DNA from: a virus
Virus record (IMG/VR): IMGVR_UViG_3300031949_000033
Location: 1-63,171 of that record
DNA: 63,171 bases
Strand: one strand, 5' to 3'
Positions 61,616-63,171 of the stretch are shown one piece after another; within the stretch, counting starts at the first letter, position 1; the number at the start of each line of letters is the position of its first letter. The notes below the pieces were generated by a model. It was not told the DNA's origin and did not search any database. It saw only the letters and a list, made by a program, of their open reading frames with translations. Position numbers and translations under genes: made by a program.

Positions 61616-63171
61616 CTAGTGGATGGTGGATAAATGTGCGTCGAATTTGGCGCTTAGCTGCTGAATGGCGTTGACAATAGGTCCAATCAATTGCGGTGCG
61701 CCCATACCGCGCGTGCCATCAGCATTCCGGTGATGCAGTCCATCATGTTCAGTCTGCAACAGGTCCCCGAGATCATCAGCGATAAAGCCGTGGTGAAGCA
61801 GGGCAGGATCATGTCTCATGCGGAAGATGCGTGGCTTCAACGTGCGGATAAAATCTAGCCCGAGCGCCTCGGGCATGATCGCCAATTTCAAACGGCTGTC
61901 CGATATATCCGTTGCCGTTACGGTGTTGCCGGAGCACGCGAACTTGTACCCCCCGCCCAAACTCCCACCCATAGTAAAATAAACGTTAGAGATAATAGGA
62001 GTAGCGTAGGTCCCGTCGTAGCTACTGGTTATACGTTTACACCAATTAACCCAACTGGTCCCTCCCAATGCGTTGGAGTTCGATGCAGTTGTCGCAGTCG
62101 CCGCATTGCCGGAGCACGCGCCAGAGGTGAGCCCGGAAGCCGTGCCCGTGCAGTTCGTGAGTACACCACTCGACGGCGTGCCGAGTGCGCCACCACTTAC
62201 TAGATTGCCACTCGCTGTGCCAATGAGCGTACCGGTAAACGTACCGGCAGTCACCGTTCCGGTACTACCGGATGCTGAAACTGTTGGAGTACCTACGCTA
62301 TTGTAGAGTTGCAGTGCTCCATAAGTTGGATAGTTCGTCAATGTCACGCGAGCTACACCGTTGTTACTCATCGCGAGTTCTGTAACGTTACTTCCGCCAC
62401 TATCGAACGCGTTCAACCGCGCAAAGGCCAAGCCGCGAGTCGTTGTGAATCGACCCAAAGATGCATCTATAGTAATGGTATTTCCACTTGCTGTTGCAGA
62501 AAGAGAATTGGTGGCAATGGTCATGCCGCCAATGGTTCCACTTGTTGAGGTCAGGGCACCCGTACTTCCATTCACGGTGAAGACATTGTTTCCGATACCG
62601 ATACCGTCACTTCCTATATGCACCCCCGCATTGGTATCGTTCCACGCGGTCTTCGAGCCTGTATAGAGATAGGTTCCGATCGTGAAGCTGCCGATAGTGC
62701 CGCTGTTCGCCGTGATCGCACCGCTTACATTCGCGCTTGTTGCTACCAGGGCACCCGCTTCAGAAACTCTAAACGGCGCACTCGCAGGCGTTGCGTGCCC
62801 TGCCCAAAACCGAATGTCGTCCCCGCCAGTAACGGCAGAAGACATTCCAACCAGTCCGGCGGCGTCGGTAAAAGAATCTGCCCCTAGCGTCCAGCCGCCG
62901 ATCGTTCCCGATGTCATCGTGACGACGCCAGAGCGCGTGATCGTCGCCGTCGGCGAACCCGTCGGTCCTGCGATGAAGGAGGTCGCTCCACTCGATAGCG
63001 ATACCGTGTTGCCGCCGCTCACCGAAGATAGCGAGGTGGAGTCCAGCGTCCAGCCGCCGATCGTTCCCGATGTCATCGTGACGACGCCAGAGCGCGTGAT
63101 CGTCGCCGTCGGCGAACCCGTCGGTCCTGCGATGAAGGAGGTCGCTCCACTCGATAGCGATACCGTGTTGC
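61616..63171 (-). CDS. Tail fibre, C-terminal part (continuation of 1..559), with S74-type intramolecular chaperone end
   Basis: Reiterated SGTIGGWT/SGTIGSFT/SGTIGGMT motifs. The C-terminal 95 aa start SDSRLK (61616..61903). 63100-63171 duplicates nt 1-72. Confidence 0.8.
   Translation of the reverse strand, partial: NTVSLSSGATSFIAGPTGSPTATITRSGVVTMTSGTIGGWTLDSTSLSSVSGGNTVSLSSGATSFIAGPTGSPTATITRSGVVTMTSGTIGGWTLGADSFTDAAGLVGMSSAVTGGDDIRFWAGHATPASAPFRVSEAGALVATSANVSGAITANSGTIGSFTIGTYLYTGSKTAWNDTNAGVHIGSDGIGIGNNVFTVNGSTGALTSTSGTIGGMTIATNSLSATASGNTITIDASLGRFTTTRGLAFARLNAFDSGGSNVTELAMSNNGVARVTLTNYPTYGALQLYNSVGTPTVSASGSTGTVTAGTFTGTLIGTASGNLVSGGALGTPSSGVLTNCTGTASGLTSGACSGNAATATTASNSNALGGTSWVNWCKRITSSYDGTYATPIISNVYFTMGGSLGGGYKFACSGNTVTATDISDSRLKLAIMPEALGLDFIRTLKPRIFRMRHDPALLHHGFIADDLGDLLQTEHDGLHHRNADGTRGMGAPQLIGPIVNAIQQLSAKFDAHLSTIH
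62886..63171 (-). repeat. 159-nt (53-aa) in-frame tandem repeat in the tail-fibre gene, spanning the contig junction
   Basis: 62941-63099 is repeated at 63100-63171 and continues into nt 73-127. 62886-62940 equals 63045-63099. The unit is TSGTIGGWTLDSTSLSSVSGGNTVSLSSGATSFIAGPTGSPTATITRSGVVTM. Confidence 0.8.

Noticed and set aside
63100-63171. 72-nt terminal duplication as a genuine direct terminal repeat of the virion DNA.
   Set aside because: It lies inside a coding tandem repeat and simply closes the tail-fibre reading frame. It is more consistent with an assembly overlap of a circular or circularly permuted genome.
1-63171. Prophage or lysogeny module, tRNA/rRNA genes, toxin-antitoxin pairs.
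   Set aside because: I recognised no integrase, excisionase, CI-like repressor with peptidase domain or attachment-site features. No cloverleaf-like sequences occur in the few intergenic gaps. Absence is judged by eye only.

Overview
The window looks like a complete, circularly closed dsDNA phage genome. It is GC-rich and uses AAGGAG-type RBSs and sigma70-like promoters. Nt 1-72 are identical to 63100-63171, and the tail-fibre reading frame is preserved across that junction, giving a unit length of about 63,099 bp. Nearly everything is coding and many genes are translationally coupled through ATGA or TGATG overlaps.

Gene layout:
- A very long minus-strand operon starts at a consensus promoter near 29.85 kb. 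In order it encodes about 20 small proteins (several zinc ribbons and an HNH nuclease), large terminase, portal, fibre and secreted-looking proteins, scaffold, an N4-gp56-type major capsid protein, a P22 gp4-like adaptor, a pectate-lyase-fold tailspike and a gp10-like hub. It then wraps across the contig junction into a tail fibre, internal/ejection proteins including a 2838-aa polyvalent giant, a lysis cassette and a DUF1353 protein.
- A minus-strand early operon (45566 -> 36457) carries a recombination/replication module: Cas4-like exonuclease, a putative annealing protein, an SbcC/Rad50-like ATPase and a DUF1376 replication protein.
- A plus-strand early operon (31575 -> 36506) sits behind a perfect TTGACA/17/TACTAT promoter and includes an AAA+ ATPase.
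- A short plus-strand HTH-RusA pair lies at 45667..46500.

I found no integrase, DNA polymerase, tRNA, rRNA or CRISPR array. The absence of tape-measure, tube and sheath genes suggests a podovirus-like virion.

Most notable observations:
1. The major capsid gene is interrupted by a 324-nt ORF-less insert with group I intron hallmarks.
2. The large terminase carries two 318-aa inteins, one in the Walker A loop and one in the nuclease motif.
3. An HNH endonuclease ORF is overprinted out of frame inside the second intein, while the intein frame stays open.
4. A 2838-aa virion-module polyvalent protein has pyrophosphatase-like, HExxH and ART-like blocks.
5. There are several unusual repeat and module architectures, plus three consecutive signal-peptide proteins inside the structural module.

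All family assignments come from motif recognition by eye. No database search was run.
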